DNA from: Podarcis bocagei
Taxonomy: Eukaryota
Assembly (NCBI GenBank): GCA_964188305.1
Contig: OZ076895.1
Strand: one strand, 5' to 3'
Length of the DNA stretch: 64,000 nt
Made by a program: the position numbers and the translations under genes. The notes beneath the pieces are model-generated. The model saw only the letters and a program-made list of their open reading frames with translations. It had not been told where the DNA came from and searched no databases. This document shows, one piece after another, positions 13,601 through 27,100 of the stretch (its first letter is position 1; every line of letters begins with the position of its first letter).

Positions 13601-16600
13601 TGTGTTCTGCATTATGTTAAATACAATTTGAAACTCATGTTTTTTCATTGTTTTTGATCAGCTTTCTACACATCTGCCCAAAACAATTTTGCCCAAAACA
13701 AAACTACCAGCTTTATACACTCGGAAAAAGATTCGAGACTTCCATTTCAACAAATGATTCTTAAAAGACAACTTGTTACAGTGCAAGTGATACCTTTAAG
13801 AGGCCAAAGGCAGTGGCCTGTCGCAATGAATCGTAGATATCTTCTTCAGCATAGCCAAGCAACACTTGTAGTTGTTTCTCTGTTATGTGACTCTTTGCAT
13901 TCCTCACAAGCAGAGTTACACACTGTAATTAAAATTTAGCCGTATGAACATGACCATTACAGAATGTTCTACAAGATTCAGAGTCCCCTGAGAGCTTGTA
14001 GGGCACTCTCTACAGGTGTTGTGTGATCATCACCTCCCTACCCATTTGGGCTGCAATCAAAAACATTTACTAGGGAATAAGCCCCATTAAAAAACAATGG
14101 AACCTCATAGGGCTGTGCTGTAAAATCTGTAGACAAGGCTCTGGGCTCACTCTTCCCCTACTTAGAGGTCAGATTGGTGAGAACCACTTTATGGGGGAGA
14201 GAATGTTAGACTTTTTAACCATTTCACCACAAACTTTTATTTATTGCAGCAATGTACTTGTTTCACCGACATGGTTTTACCTGATAGTTTTACAATGGCA
14301 TGATGCTATTAAACTACTTTGGGACCTTAGAATTAAGTAATCTGCAAGTTTCATAAAGCTTTGTTTTTACCGAAAATATGGGTGGTGACAAAATGCTACA
14401 TGGCCGTCTCATTTTGTCCGTGCAGTGTGATTTTGAAATCTCAGAATCCGCATAGCAATGGAACTTCTACACAATGTGTGGGTCAGACCATTACAGAGAA
14501 TGGATCGTCTCCACCTATGGTCCCCTTGGATATTCTAATTCTAATGCAGCTTCTGAGAATCACTGCTTAGATAAAAGCTTTTTTAATAAAAAAAAATTCT
14601 GTGAACACAATTTTTTCAAAACGATTTGCAGATCTAAAGGTGTCTGAAGTCCCTTTTCTATCACACCAATCATCCATGTCACAAAGGCACATGAGTCTGG
14701 AAGAAAAGCACTCTGCAAGATCAACACTGAGCTGTTCTACCAGTTATAACTTACTTTGAAACAATTTACAACCAAATGAAAATTCTGGCCTTTAGCAGCT
14801 CCTGGCTTGGCAAAGTCTTTCAGCAGAACAAAAAGCCGCTCAATTAGCTGCTCTATATTCTTGTCTACTGCAGGCAACGGGAACTTTAAGACCCACAGAA
14901 GGGACTGGAGAGAGCCAGTGATCACCTGCAAAGAGAACAAATGAATTAATAAAAAAAGCTAGGTGGGTCTATAGAAATGTTTTGTATCAGCCACAAATCC
15001 CTTGAAACTGGAATTCTTGAGCTTTTAGATCACATGAGGCTTGGACAAGAATGTTGACAGAAGAAGCCTTAGTGATTGCATTTTGCAGGACAAGTGCTTT
15101 ATTGGAACAGCTTCATGAAAAGACGGATGTGATGATTATGAAAATTGATAATTTGGGACAAAAAATGACTGATTTGGGACAAAAAGTGAATACCTATACA
15201 GAAACTACTCAGGAATCGATTCAGGAATCTGCTTTGACATGGCAAGCTGTGGAGAAGACGAGGGAGAAAGCTGTTGTTGAACATCAAGTAACACAAGTGA
15301 AGAGAGCCCCAGCCTTACAGAGGCAATTTGATGAATATACCATAATTTTCGCTCCAAAACACGCACTTTTTTGCTCCTAGAAAGTAAGGGAAAATGCTTG
15401 TGCATGTTACGGAGCGAATGCACGGATCGGAGCCATGGCTGCCGTCAGTCAAGCAAAGCAGGAGCCGTTTACACACCGCTCTATGAGGCTCTTGCTTTGC
15501 TTGCTTTAAAGCGACCTGGAGCCGGGGAGGAGGGAGGGAAGGAGAGCCATGGCAGCAAAGCGGACACGGAGGAGGGACAGACGCTAGCAAAGGTCTGTGC
15601 GCTCTCTAAACAGAGCAATGAGGCTGCAGAGGGACAGCAGGAAAGATAAAATTTAAGCAACCAGCAGCAAAATAAAACCAACCTCTAGCTCTGAGCCACG
15701 CAGTGAAAACCAGGAAGTAAAAAAAAAGGCTGGGGATGAGGGAGAGGGGAAAACTTCGCAAATCCCCCGCGTCTCAGCTGATCCGCTGGGACGGAGCAGC
15801 TTTGGGACGGAGCAGCTTGTTTTCAGGCAGGATAGATTTGAGCATTGTCTGGGTCCTAGTGCCCCTATCTCTTTTTTTGTGCTCCATTCTATTGCTGCTG
15901 GTGGCTGCTTATCACTCAGGCTGCAAGGAGTAGCGCTTTTACACAGCTAATGGCGAATCCCCTGCAATCCAAGTCCTCCTCACTTGCTCAAATCTATTCT
16001 GCCTCAAAACAAGGAGCGGAAGGAAAAGGCTGCAAACTGTTAAATGGAAAAAAACCCAGGCACAGGGCAAATACCTTAAGTATACCTTTAAAGCAACAGT
16101 GCTCTTTCCCTCCTTCCTCCCCGCTCAGCTCCCCGAAAAGCTCCTTCTCCACACCCCCCACGCTGCTCCTTGTCCCTTGAGTGCTTTTCCTTCCCTCCCC
16201 ACTTAAAACGTGGTTACAAAGCACGGATCCACATGGATCCTCAGGATTTTTGCACTGGATCACCCCAAATTCACCATTAGATCACGTGTTTGTGGCCACA
16301 GCATGAACCACAAAAATCATACATCCACTGTTTCATTTAGAATATTTTTTTCTTGTTTTCCTCCTCTAAAAACTATGTGCGTGTGATGGTTGGGAGCGTG
16401 TTATAGAGCGAAAAATACGGTAAGCTGTTGCCTTTTACAATTGAATTTAGAGAAAGCCAGATTTGGAGGGACGGAGTCCTGCTTGGATTGGAGAAGGAAA
16501 GTTGGATAGATCCCCTTATGCAGGGATGCACTGGCTTTTAGGATCTGGATTTGGGTCAGGGGGAGACTGGAGTTGTGGGGGCCTTCAGCTTCGGAGGGAT

Positions 16601-18072
16601 TTTGAAACACGCTCTGAAATATCTTTTGGACTTTAGTTCTGACTATGGAGAATGGGCTGGCCTGTCGAGAAGGAATAAAGACATTGTTAGGTTGGAGTTT
16701 TCCCGAGATCTACCCCTCAGCGCCAAAGGAAGGAAATTAAGAACAAGATCAGCAGGAGATAAAGTAAAGTGCACGTATAAATATGAAGAAGATCGGCAGA
16801 AGGGACATGGAAAAGAGCTAAGAGCCTCGGACAGAAGATCACCAGGTTGATGGACCATATGGAACTGATAGAAAGGACTGACAGAATCCGAGACCAGGGA
16901 GAAGAGATGGTGGAAGATTGGAAAAAAGTTTAAAAAATTATTTAGAGAAATATTGTAAAATTAATGAGTGTTAGGAAAATGTTGGAATGAAAATATACGG
17001 CTTTAGTAGAAATGTTATAAGGAGTTAAGTATAAAGAAGTTTTAGGGTTTTAATGGTAAGATAAGGTTAAAATAAATTAAGACAATTTAATGACAGAAAA
17101 CAGTGAAAGATGGAAAGGATTTGCTGAAATAATTAACAACTAGAACACAAAAAAGGGAGGTGTGAGGAGGTCGATGAAACAAGTTAATGAAAGACAAAGA
17201 TATGGAAATATTGGATGTGTTTTTAATTGTTTTTGCTTTTGTTTTTGTTTTTATGTATTGTGTCTTTTGTTTTTTTGTTTTTATGTATTGCAATGTATTG
17301 ATTTGTATTGTTTACTTTTTCTCTTTCTTTTTACTTTTTACTTCTTTCTGTAATACTTAAACTTTAATAAATATTATTTTTTAAAAAAAAAAAATAGATC
17401 ACATGAGGGATGACACTTTTCCCAATGCCCTCCGCACAATCCACGCTTGAGTGGCAATTCACACTGATGTGGACAGTCTTTCAAGAGTCAGGAGCAAGTG
17501 TCAATGTCATGTGCAACTCCTTCACTCACCTTCTATTATGCTTCTGCTTTGGTGCAAAGACTCTGGTTTGCATTAAACGATATTTCTGCAGTGCAGGTTT
17601 AATAGGGAACTCTGGTTTGTATTAAATCAGAGTTTCCTATTACACATGCACTGTAGAAACATGGTTTGATGTCAGTTAAGAAACCAGGAAAATAAGTCTC
17701 AATGATCTTGACTGGATTCTAAGCAATCAGTATGTGAAAGTTAGAATTTCCTCCAGTTCCTTTATCGATCTTAGTGACAGTATGAATTAAGAATTTTAGT
17801 CCACGCTGAACTTTGCCATCTGCCAGCATTGCAGAGGTTAGAGCTATTGCACTGAGTTCAGAATCCTACCTTAACATCTGTGGACTGAAGGCAGTCGACA
17901 AGCAGCTGAACGAAAGGATCCAACATTTCTAAAGTGTGATCATCTGAGGAATTTATTTTGGACCTCTTCAGACTCATGTGCAGTAGCTGTGATAGGAAAT
18001 AAGTGCTTGGAATTAAATGCATAAATTAAAAGGGGTAATAGATCTGGAAAACCAAATTGTTTAAAAGAAGAC

Positions 18073-18134
<62 letters not shown>

Positions 18135-21100
18135 TTTATACCCCACCCATCTAACTGGGTTTTCCCAGCCCCTCTGGGCAGCTTACAGCATATATCAAGG
18201 GCAACCTCGGGTTGTTAGCAGCCAAAGGCTTCAGAAGATAACTGACATGCTATGCAATCTCAGTGATATCATAGAAATACAGCTTTTAAATTAAGACCTG
18301 AGAAACACATGAAGGATCAGAGGCACGGGGTAAATGGATGGAGGGTTCTCACCACCCCTCAATGTCAACTCTATGCTGCTCATTCATGCCTCCATGCCTA
18401 AGAAAATCTCCCTACAGTCCCAATGGGAAAAGTGCGCTATAAAGCAGTAAATCTCCATAACCACATTTTCCTACAACATGAAATAAGTCAGTGCATTTAT
18501 CCTCACTCCTCTCCCCAACCTTCCTCTGTGCCCTGTGTTCCTCTCACTTCTTGTTTAACAGCAAACACCTGCACTGGCAAACTAAAGTTTTTGCAAGCTA
18601 TAGTTTACCCAGTTTCGATGTAATGGCGAAGTGTGGTTTGTCACTAAACTGATAATAAAGAACGAAGTTAGAATGTGCAAGGTTTGGAAGAAACGTGAGC
18701 ACAACAAAAAGCATCCTAATCCTCCCAACCACAGCTTGGACAAAAGGGAACATTATGTCTGAATTGATCCACTGCCTCAAACTTTTTACAAGCTGGAGAT
18801 GAGGGGAAGATGAGCACTACTGCCATCGCTTATGAGTGATGTTGGGCCTGGCTAGAGTGGTCAGAGGAGTATATTCTATACTCCCCACCCCAATCAGATG
18901 AAGGAAACAAGAAGTATTAAATTGACTAGAGCACAGCTATGTTTTTTCCCCAAAATATTCCTGCACTGAAGCATAAAGAAATATGTTTTGATTTCATTTT
19001 TAAGCACACAGGGCCCCTCTTACATACCCGTAGCCCTGATTCAACCAGAATGTGCATGTTTGTCTTGCTGCTCACAGGTGCCTTCTGCCCTCCTCGAACT
19101 GGAGCTGGTGGAAGCAAGAGGCAGCTCTTTGGTTGCAAACGAGGATCTGGAGGAGCAGGAGCTTTGGTTCTGAAAACAAAACAAACTTTTCAGCTAGAAT
19201 TAAGGCCTTAATTCATCTGGGCCGAGGACAGACATCACAATGAGCAAAGAGGAGAATCTTAGAATTATAGAGTTGCAAGAGACTCTATAGTCCAACCTCC
19301 TGCAAAGAATCTCCTTTCTTGTAACTTGGATCCATTGGTTCAAAGCTACATTGAATCGAAACTTCATGAGTGACTGAAAATCAAGGCAAGCCCGGGACTT
19401 TAATGACACTACTTCGCAACATATGGCTTGCAAGTGGCAGTCTTTGCGACAGAGGAGCAATCCTGAAAAATGAGTCCAACTTACTTCTGTGAGTAAACAC
19501 ACTTTCAGAAGTGGCCAATTTGATCATCCTAGCAAGCAGACGAAAAGACAACTGGATTTGAATTAACTTTCTACAAACTCACTTTGCTTTCTCTGTTAAC
19601 AGTGGTAGATTTTCACTAATCAGTCCGTGGCTGAGTAGAAGGATGGTTTCTGCACTCATTGCTGTGTTCATTATCAATCCAGACACGATGCGGCGTAAAG
19701 TTTCATGTACCTTCCGAGACATCTTTAGGCTTGTAGTATTCTCTAAAATCTGCAAGTAGACATTAGAAAAGCCACCTTAAAACGGAAACCCTGGTGTTAC
19801 AGATCCTTCTTAGACCATACGCTGTTGATTTCGGAAAGACACATCATTATGTTTGCAAAATCTATATACCATGCTAAAATAACACATCTGTTTCTATAGC
19901 GGTAGCATGATCCCATAAAAATGCTTTATTGTGTCACAGTCTGTCCTCCCATTATTCTTCCATATTTTACTAGTTTATCATGCCACTGCCAAATTACTCT
20001 TTCGGAGAGAGAAAATATACCTTACCTCTTTCAATGGAAGAATGAGCTTCGTCACTTGGTCTTTCCCTATGTACTTGCCAAGGATTTCATAAGAATCATA
20101 GCTCTTGCTTCTGCGAGCCTCCATGACTTTGGAAACTATGCCTTTCACCTCTTTCTCCTCTGCAACTTCCCCAAACAGTTCGTGGTTGAAAATCTTTTCA
20201 GAAGACACGGAGGAAAGTGTTAGCAGTAAGTAGCAGTAGAGCAGCAGTTATAATTTTGCATCCACCTTTTCAGACATGAACAACTAAAGGTCCAACACGT
20301 TCATCTTTAGGGGCGAGGGATGAGCTCAGTTCCTACAGCATCTGCTTTGCACCCAGAAGGTCTCAGGTCCAACCCCCCCGCATTGACAGATAGGGCTAGG
20401 AGAGTTCCCTGGTTGAAACCTTGGGGAGCTGCTGCCAGTCAGTGCAGACAATATTGAGCTGATGGACCCATGATCTGATTGGGCATAAGAGTGTTCCCTT
20501 TAAGAAACAAAAGATCTGATAAAATGTGCAACTAGTCAAGAAGGAAGAGGACCTAGTATTACTTGGGCTCCTTCATAAAGGCAACGGTTTGGTATCACCC
20601 AACCAACCACCACCCTCTCTCCATCCAGGTATTACAGGAACTGGAGGTGTAAGCTCCCGATTGCAGTGACATCTCTGAAATGAGCTCCTTTCACACTTGG
20701 CATTTTCCACACGCAGCAAACGTCGGTGTCAAAGAACTTACTTCGGTCATAAGTTCTACGCAGGGATCCAAGTCTCCCACTTTAAGTCGATTGCTGGCGA
20801 GGCTCTTCAGCAAGAGGTGGACTGTGAAAGTCAACACGTGGACCTACATGAGCAAAAGAAATCAAGTGGCTCTGTGTTTGTTAATTAAAAGGATAACTAA
20901 TAAAAGAATGGCACACGTACACAACTGGAATGGTATTTAGAAGATTGCTATAGTGCTTTCAGCAGTCCCCACCCACAACTGTTACCTACTAAATTAATCT
21001 TCGATACAATCCAGCATTTCTTCCAACTGCCTGAGCTTGGACCCAACTTCTCAACTGATTCTGCTTTCTGTTTGCTTGGTGTTGCTATCAATTAGGCAAG

Positions 21101-24100
21101 AGAGCCCACTGCAGATTGTGAGTTCAAGGAGCAGGGCTAAGGAGCTATAATGTCCTCTGCCCATAAGCGCCTCCTCCTCCTCCTATCTAATAGGAAGGCG
21201 GAAGAAAAAGAAAGCCAGCACTATACCTGGTAACCATGGACGAGGGTTGACTGCATCTCTTTTAAGACATATTGCAGATACTGTGCCCCCAAAGCCTCCA
21301 TTATTTTCATCAGGGTGTTGCGTGCAATATCTCGTATTTCCTGTGCTCTGTTCCTCAGAAGGGAGCAGACTTTCAGGAGGATGCTGGAGCCAACAAAGCA
21401 GCAAAACAGAAGAGAACCAAACACAAGCTTCAATTATCACTCCAACAGGTTTGTACAATATTTATCCTATATATGCAAGTATGCATCCCCCCCCCATATG
21501 CGCTATCTATATGTCTATATATATCCCTAGGTGATTTTCACCATATGGAACTTAATATGCACTTGAAAAGACTGTACATACCTTGGCAAATTCTCTTCCA
21601 TGACATCTTGGGGAAGAGTCTGCATCAGCTTGACCATCGCAAAAGCAAGTGGAACCCGAACAACTTCTTCATCATTCACAACCTTAGATTTCACAAGCTT
21701 GTGCTCTTCATCTCTTTTGACCTGCAGGGCACAGAAACACATCATCTCCAAAGTTAAAGGTAACGGTAAAGGGACCCCTGACCATTAGGTTCAGTCGTGG
21801 CTGACTCTGGGGTTGCGACGCTCATCTCGCTTTATTGGCCAAGGGAGCCGGCGTACAGCTTCCAGGTCATGTGGGCAGCATGACTAAGCCGCTTCTGGCG
21901 AACCAGAGCAGCGCACGGAAACGCCGTTTACCTTCCCGCCAGAGCGGTACCTATTTATCTACTTGCACTTTGACGTGCTTTCGAACTGCTTGGTTGGCAG
22001 GAGCAGGGACCGAGCAACGGGAGCTCACCCCGCTGCGGGGATTCGAACCGCCGAGCTTCCGATCGGCAAGTCCTAGGCTATGTGATTTAACCTACAGCAC
22101 CACCCGCGTCCCGGCATCTCCAAAGTTACTCAACAGCATTTCCAACTGCCAGGTGTTAAAGACAGTGACCTTACATCTACACCCAGAGAGAATACAACAC
22201 TGGAGCCGAAACTCTGTCTAGCCTACCTCACAAGGTTGTTATGAGGAGAAAGTGAGGTTCATTTGGTATACTTAAAGGGGTATTCAGAGCATCTCTTTGG
22301 TACCAAGGGCCACAACTGGCATAAATGGGAGCTTTTCTTTTAATGCTAATAGGAGGTGGAGGGGACAAAATGTTAATGCCGCCCACCTCAGTCCTAACCC
22401 GGACTGGTCACCCACGTGAGGACCATTCACACAATTTAAAAGCCACTTGCTATTTTGCTGAATGACAATTCATCTAGTTTAGCTCCCAGAATCAAGATGT
22501 ACTAAAGACTATTTAAAAATAAAACCCGAAACTCAGAAATGTACCTTTGCAATGAGACATTTGTGCAATTTGGGCAAGATGTTTCCCTGTACTGTTTCTT
22601 GTATATGATTTATCAAGCATTTCAACTCTTCCTTATCCTTAGGCAGGAAGGAAATTGGTTTCAGAGCGATCTGGTTTTTTTTGTCTTCTTCATTAGTGGA
22701 TGGAGCAGACAAAGATGAAACAGGCTCTGTTTGTTCACTGGCATCTTTAGAAAGGTCCTTGGTGGTTTCTTGGTCTTCTTCTCCATCACTAAGTTCCACT
22801 TCCATTGTTTCATTCTCCACTTCCATTTCAGTGTCCATGGCTTCTGCATCTGCTAGGCATAATCAAGAGGGGGGAAAGGCTTTGATGCTTGCCGATCAAG
22901 TCCTTTGTTGGAACAAGACGGACAAAATCTAGAGCGCTCCTGTTTAAGATTTTAGCAGGCCACACCCCTCTTCCAGGATTCCCCATTCCATTCCCACTCT
23001 CCCCAACTGTTAGCCAGAATTCTGTGCCTCGTGAATATGATTCACACTCAGAGAAGGATTCAGAGCAGAGATGGGAAATAAGCAGGCCTGGCCCTGCTTT
23101 ATTCATAACTCCACATAGGTTTAAGGCCGGGGCATTACGTAGATATTCTGAACTAGAAACCCAATAATTAACTTTTTAAAATAGAAAGCAGAGATTTTAA
23201 AATGCATAATGAAACAACAGGCCCTGTGTTTTGCATTCAAAGAGTAATAATGGTCATGCAAGTTTATTTATTATTATATCAGAACAGAAGAACAGCCTGC
23301 AGGATCAGGCCAGTGGCCCATCTGGTCCAGCAGCCTGCTCTCACAGTGGCCGACCAGATGCCTATAAGAAGTGCACAAGCAGGACGTTGAGCACAGCAGC
23401 ACTCTTTCTTCCCAGTGTCTCCAGCAACTGGCCCTCAGAAGTATTACGGCCTCCAGCGCTGGCGGTAGAACATGGCCGTCTAGGTCAGCAGCGATCAGAG
23501 TTACAATGCATTAGATGCTAAAGAGGGTGCAGCGTTAACAGGTTGTAGCAAAAAGTCACAGCACTTTAAAGCCTACCAACATTTATGGTGAGAAGCATAA
23601 CCTTACAGGAGCTGGAGCCCACTCCAACAGATGCAGGAATCAGAACCTTACCTTCCTTTTGAATCATCTCAAGCTGCTTTTCAAGAGTTTCATAGTCAAA
23701 GTGAAAAGCCTCCAGCACCGTAACTAGCACACTGTCAAACAGATTAAGGGCGGGGGAGAGAAATAAAAGGTGCTAAAATCCAAAAAACGTACAACTTTTC
23801 TATTTGTAAAAGGACTGGACTAAAAGAACTGCTCAAGTGAATACTTATGGGGGCACTGGGCTTGAGTTTCTTGAACAGGTGCTCCCTAGGCTGCATGGCA
23901 AATCTTTAAAACAGAGGGTACACTCAACAAGCAAAGTGCAGTATAGCACTGGGGGAGGAGTGGAATCTAGCGTTCAAAGAACGCAAGCAAAAATCTCTTT
24001 GGACAAGAGCATTCCTAAAGTAGTTCTTTGATATCTGGCCAAAGTGAATTAAAAGTGCTTGGAACATAAAGCTCTCTTTTCACGCAGACTGAAGTTCAAT

Positions 24101-27100
24101 GCTCCCATTAACACAGTCATCAGCTTGGTTAAAACGACAGCTCTAAAACAGTCCACAGAGATACTATCCTTGTGTGTCAATTTCCTTATTAATGCTATCA
24201 GTATGGAGTGACTGGCATTGCAAACCCCTGCAAGGTTGCTCAGAAGCAAGTCCCACTATGCTGCTTGGTAAGTGCACACAGGATTACAGGATAAACCTTA
24301 AAACCGACATTTACAGTACCTGACGCCCAGTTTTTGATTGATCTGTCCAGTCTGCAAGACGTGTATGAAATGTTTCAAGTGATAGAGGTACGCTGACCAA
24401 GAAAGATGTCTGCAAACAGCTCCTACCATTTCAACCGAAGCAGTTATCATATTTTCATACTGAGGAACAGAAAACAACCCTTAGGGTCTTCCCAATTTCA
24501 AGCAGCACAAAAGCCTTGCCTAGACTAACGAAGCCCATGCAGGCTAGAAGAAGCTTCCTTCCACATCCCCAACACTCCCTTTAAAATCATGGCGAAAGTG
24601 ACATTGTTGAACCAAGAAGAAAACCTATCCCAACACTTTCACATCAAAATACCCAAAAGAAGCAACATGCTTTGCAATATTCAGAGACCTATCTGAAGCT
24701 TTCCCCCTCATTATTAAATTCAGAAGTTGTGAGGTGTGTGGTGTAGTGGTTAGAGCAGTGATAGCCATTGTGGTGTCCTTCAAATGTTGAGACTACAACT
24801 CCCATCAGCCCTAGCCAGCATGACCAATGGTCAGGTTGATGGAAGTTGTAGTACAGCAACATCTTGATGGCACCAATTATTTGTCCCTGGTACCGTTTGA
24901 CCAAAAGTAGGGAGCTTTCGGTTCAGGTCCTCACTCAGCCATAAAGCTCACCAGGTGCCTTTGAGGAAGTCACATTCTTTTCAGCCTAAGCTACTTCCCA
25001 GGGTTGCTGTATGAATGCAATTCTTCCAAATGAAGAGAAGGGGTACAGAGAAATATGTAGGCCTCCCTCACTGAACTATTTGGATGAACTGCCAGGATAT
25101 GTATGTATGTATAAATAAATAAATAAATAAATGTGCATGTATAAATAACTAAATTATGAAGATATCAGACAAAGAAGAACTCTGCAAAGTTTAGTTCCCA
25201 GAAATTGTTATGCACTGTTCCTTCTTTAAAAGGGCACCTCGAAATAAGAGCCTTAACAAACATTTCAAATAAGTACCATGCAGGGGAGGTACTTCATTTT
25301 TAAAAATCTCAGCCCAAATCCCAACCCTCTTTATTTTCTCCTCATGAAAAGGGAAATCATCCTGTTGCACTTACAGAAATATGCCACTGAGGGCTATGAA
25401 ATAAAAGTAGTTCCCACCATTGTATGCTAAAAGTTTACCTTAAGCATTTTCTCATCAAAGATAGTAGTAGTCGCGTAAGGCATAATGTAATTCTGAAGAG
25501 ATTTGGAACAGAGTGTGATTTTGCCTTCAGCTAGTTGCTTAGCCAATTTCTTCAAGGCACGTGCCCTTCTGTGGATCTAAGAGAGATACAAAAGTTTTCA
25601 CTGAGTGAGGGCCCATATTTAATTCAGTAGACCTAGGAGGTTTGGGTGTCATAATCTATCAAAAGTTTCACCAGGTCTTAACAGCCGGGAGGGGGAGAAA
25701 TGACACCTTTTTGAATGAGCATCTTACTACAACACACTTCTATTTCTCAAACTGATACAATGAATAAGAGAAAATACATTCTGATTAAATGCATACAATT
25801 CTAGCTGCTGCCTTTTAAATGTGACATTAACAGCAAAGCTTAGCATGTGCTAAAATAGTGTAAATGACATTATAGCCATTAAATCAAAACACACACGCAG
25901 AGACTTATTATTCTCACAACGATCAATGATTTGCAACTGAAAAACGAGGCAGCACTTGCAAAGATTTACATTCACAGAAGAAGATGAAGTATCTACCATC
26001 TTTCCACTATCATACAACTATTGCCCTGTGGAAAGAACAGGATTGCATTATACCTGAATATGCTTCATATTTTCAAAGAAGTCCATCTCTGGATCATGGA
26101 CGTCGGTCAGCTGGACCAAGTCCTGAAACTCTGGGTGGTTTGAAAATGCTCGAATCAAGCTGGAGAGCAACGATGTGTAATCCTGCTGAATGCTCTGAAA
26201 GCAGCAAGTAACAAAATACCAAGGGAAATGTGAAAATGTGTGGCTTGGTTTTTTTTAATGCAGCCATTTGATTATTTCTTTCTTAGAAACACACTGAGCA
26301 ATAACAACCATGCAAGAACACACACAAAAACCAGAATTATGCTTTTGAAACTTTCTCCCTTTGGGATCAGACATCCACACATATTAAACATTCCTAAATA
26401 GATTTTTGTTTAGATCAGGGGCTCTACATATTTGCATTGGTACCTGAACTACTCCTGCTGTTATTTGAATGAACATGTCAGGGAAGTGTGGTGGTGGCAC
26501 GTGGCAAGACATCTCACGTGGCCCCACATCCTCTCCATACCATTGTATCAACCCCTCCCCTAAAATTTAGCTTATTTGCCATATTTTGGACTCGTCAACA
26601 TGTTGGGCTGGAGTAAACACACTGAGCAAGGAAGGAAGGTAGGTAGAATTATAGAAACAATACAGAAGCATTTTGTTTATGCTTTTTAAAATATTTGCAT
26701 CTTATCATTAGCTACATTGGGTGTTTTGTTCAATGAGAAGCCTGCCCACGGCCCTGTCTCATTTCAAAATACTAGAATAGGGCATCACTTGTACAATTCT
26801 CATTCACAGTAATGTTTCCTCCTGAAATGTAACAGCAGTCAGACAACAGTCGGCTTGATGATGATGCAGAGGTGGGCTTTTTCACCAATGGAACGCACTC
26901 TCTGCTGAAATATGAGAGGCATCCCAACATGTGCCGAAGATGCACCTGTCCACACAGGCATTCCCTTTATCTCTTGACCAGAGTTTCTTCTTTTAATTGT
27001 TGTGTTTTAATGGGGTTGTTTCATGGGAAATGGAATTATGGAATACTTCAATTGTGTTATATAACTGGGTTTTATATTCTATAAATCACCAAGAAGCCTA

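Noticed and set aside
21835-22221. Near-identical ORFs at 21835-22221 and 53429-53656 suggesting a duplicated gene
   Set aside because: Both are antisense readings of Sauria SINE copies bounded by TSDs.
22828-23155. 92-aa minus-strand ORF just upstream of exon 41 as an extra or extended UTP20 exon
   Set aside because: It is in a different frame from exon 41, and the nearest upstream AG gives a phase incompatible with exon 40. Exon 40 to 22852 already joins in frame, and the exon count matches without it.
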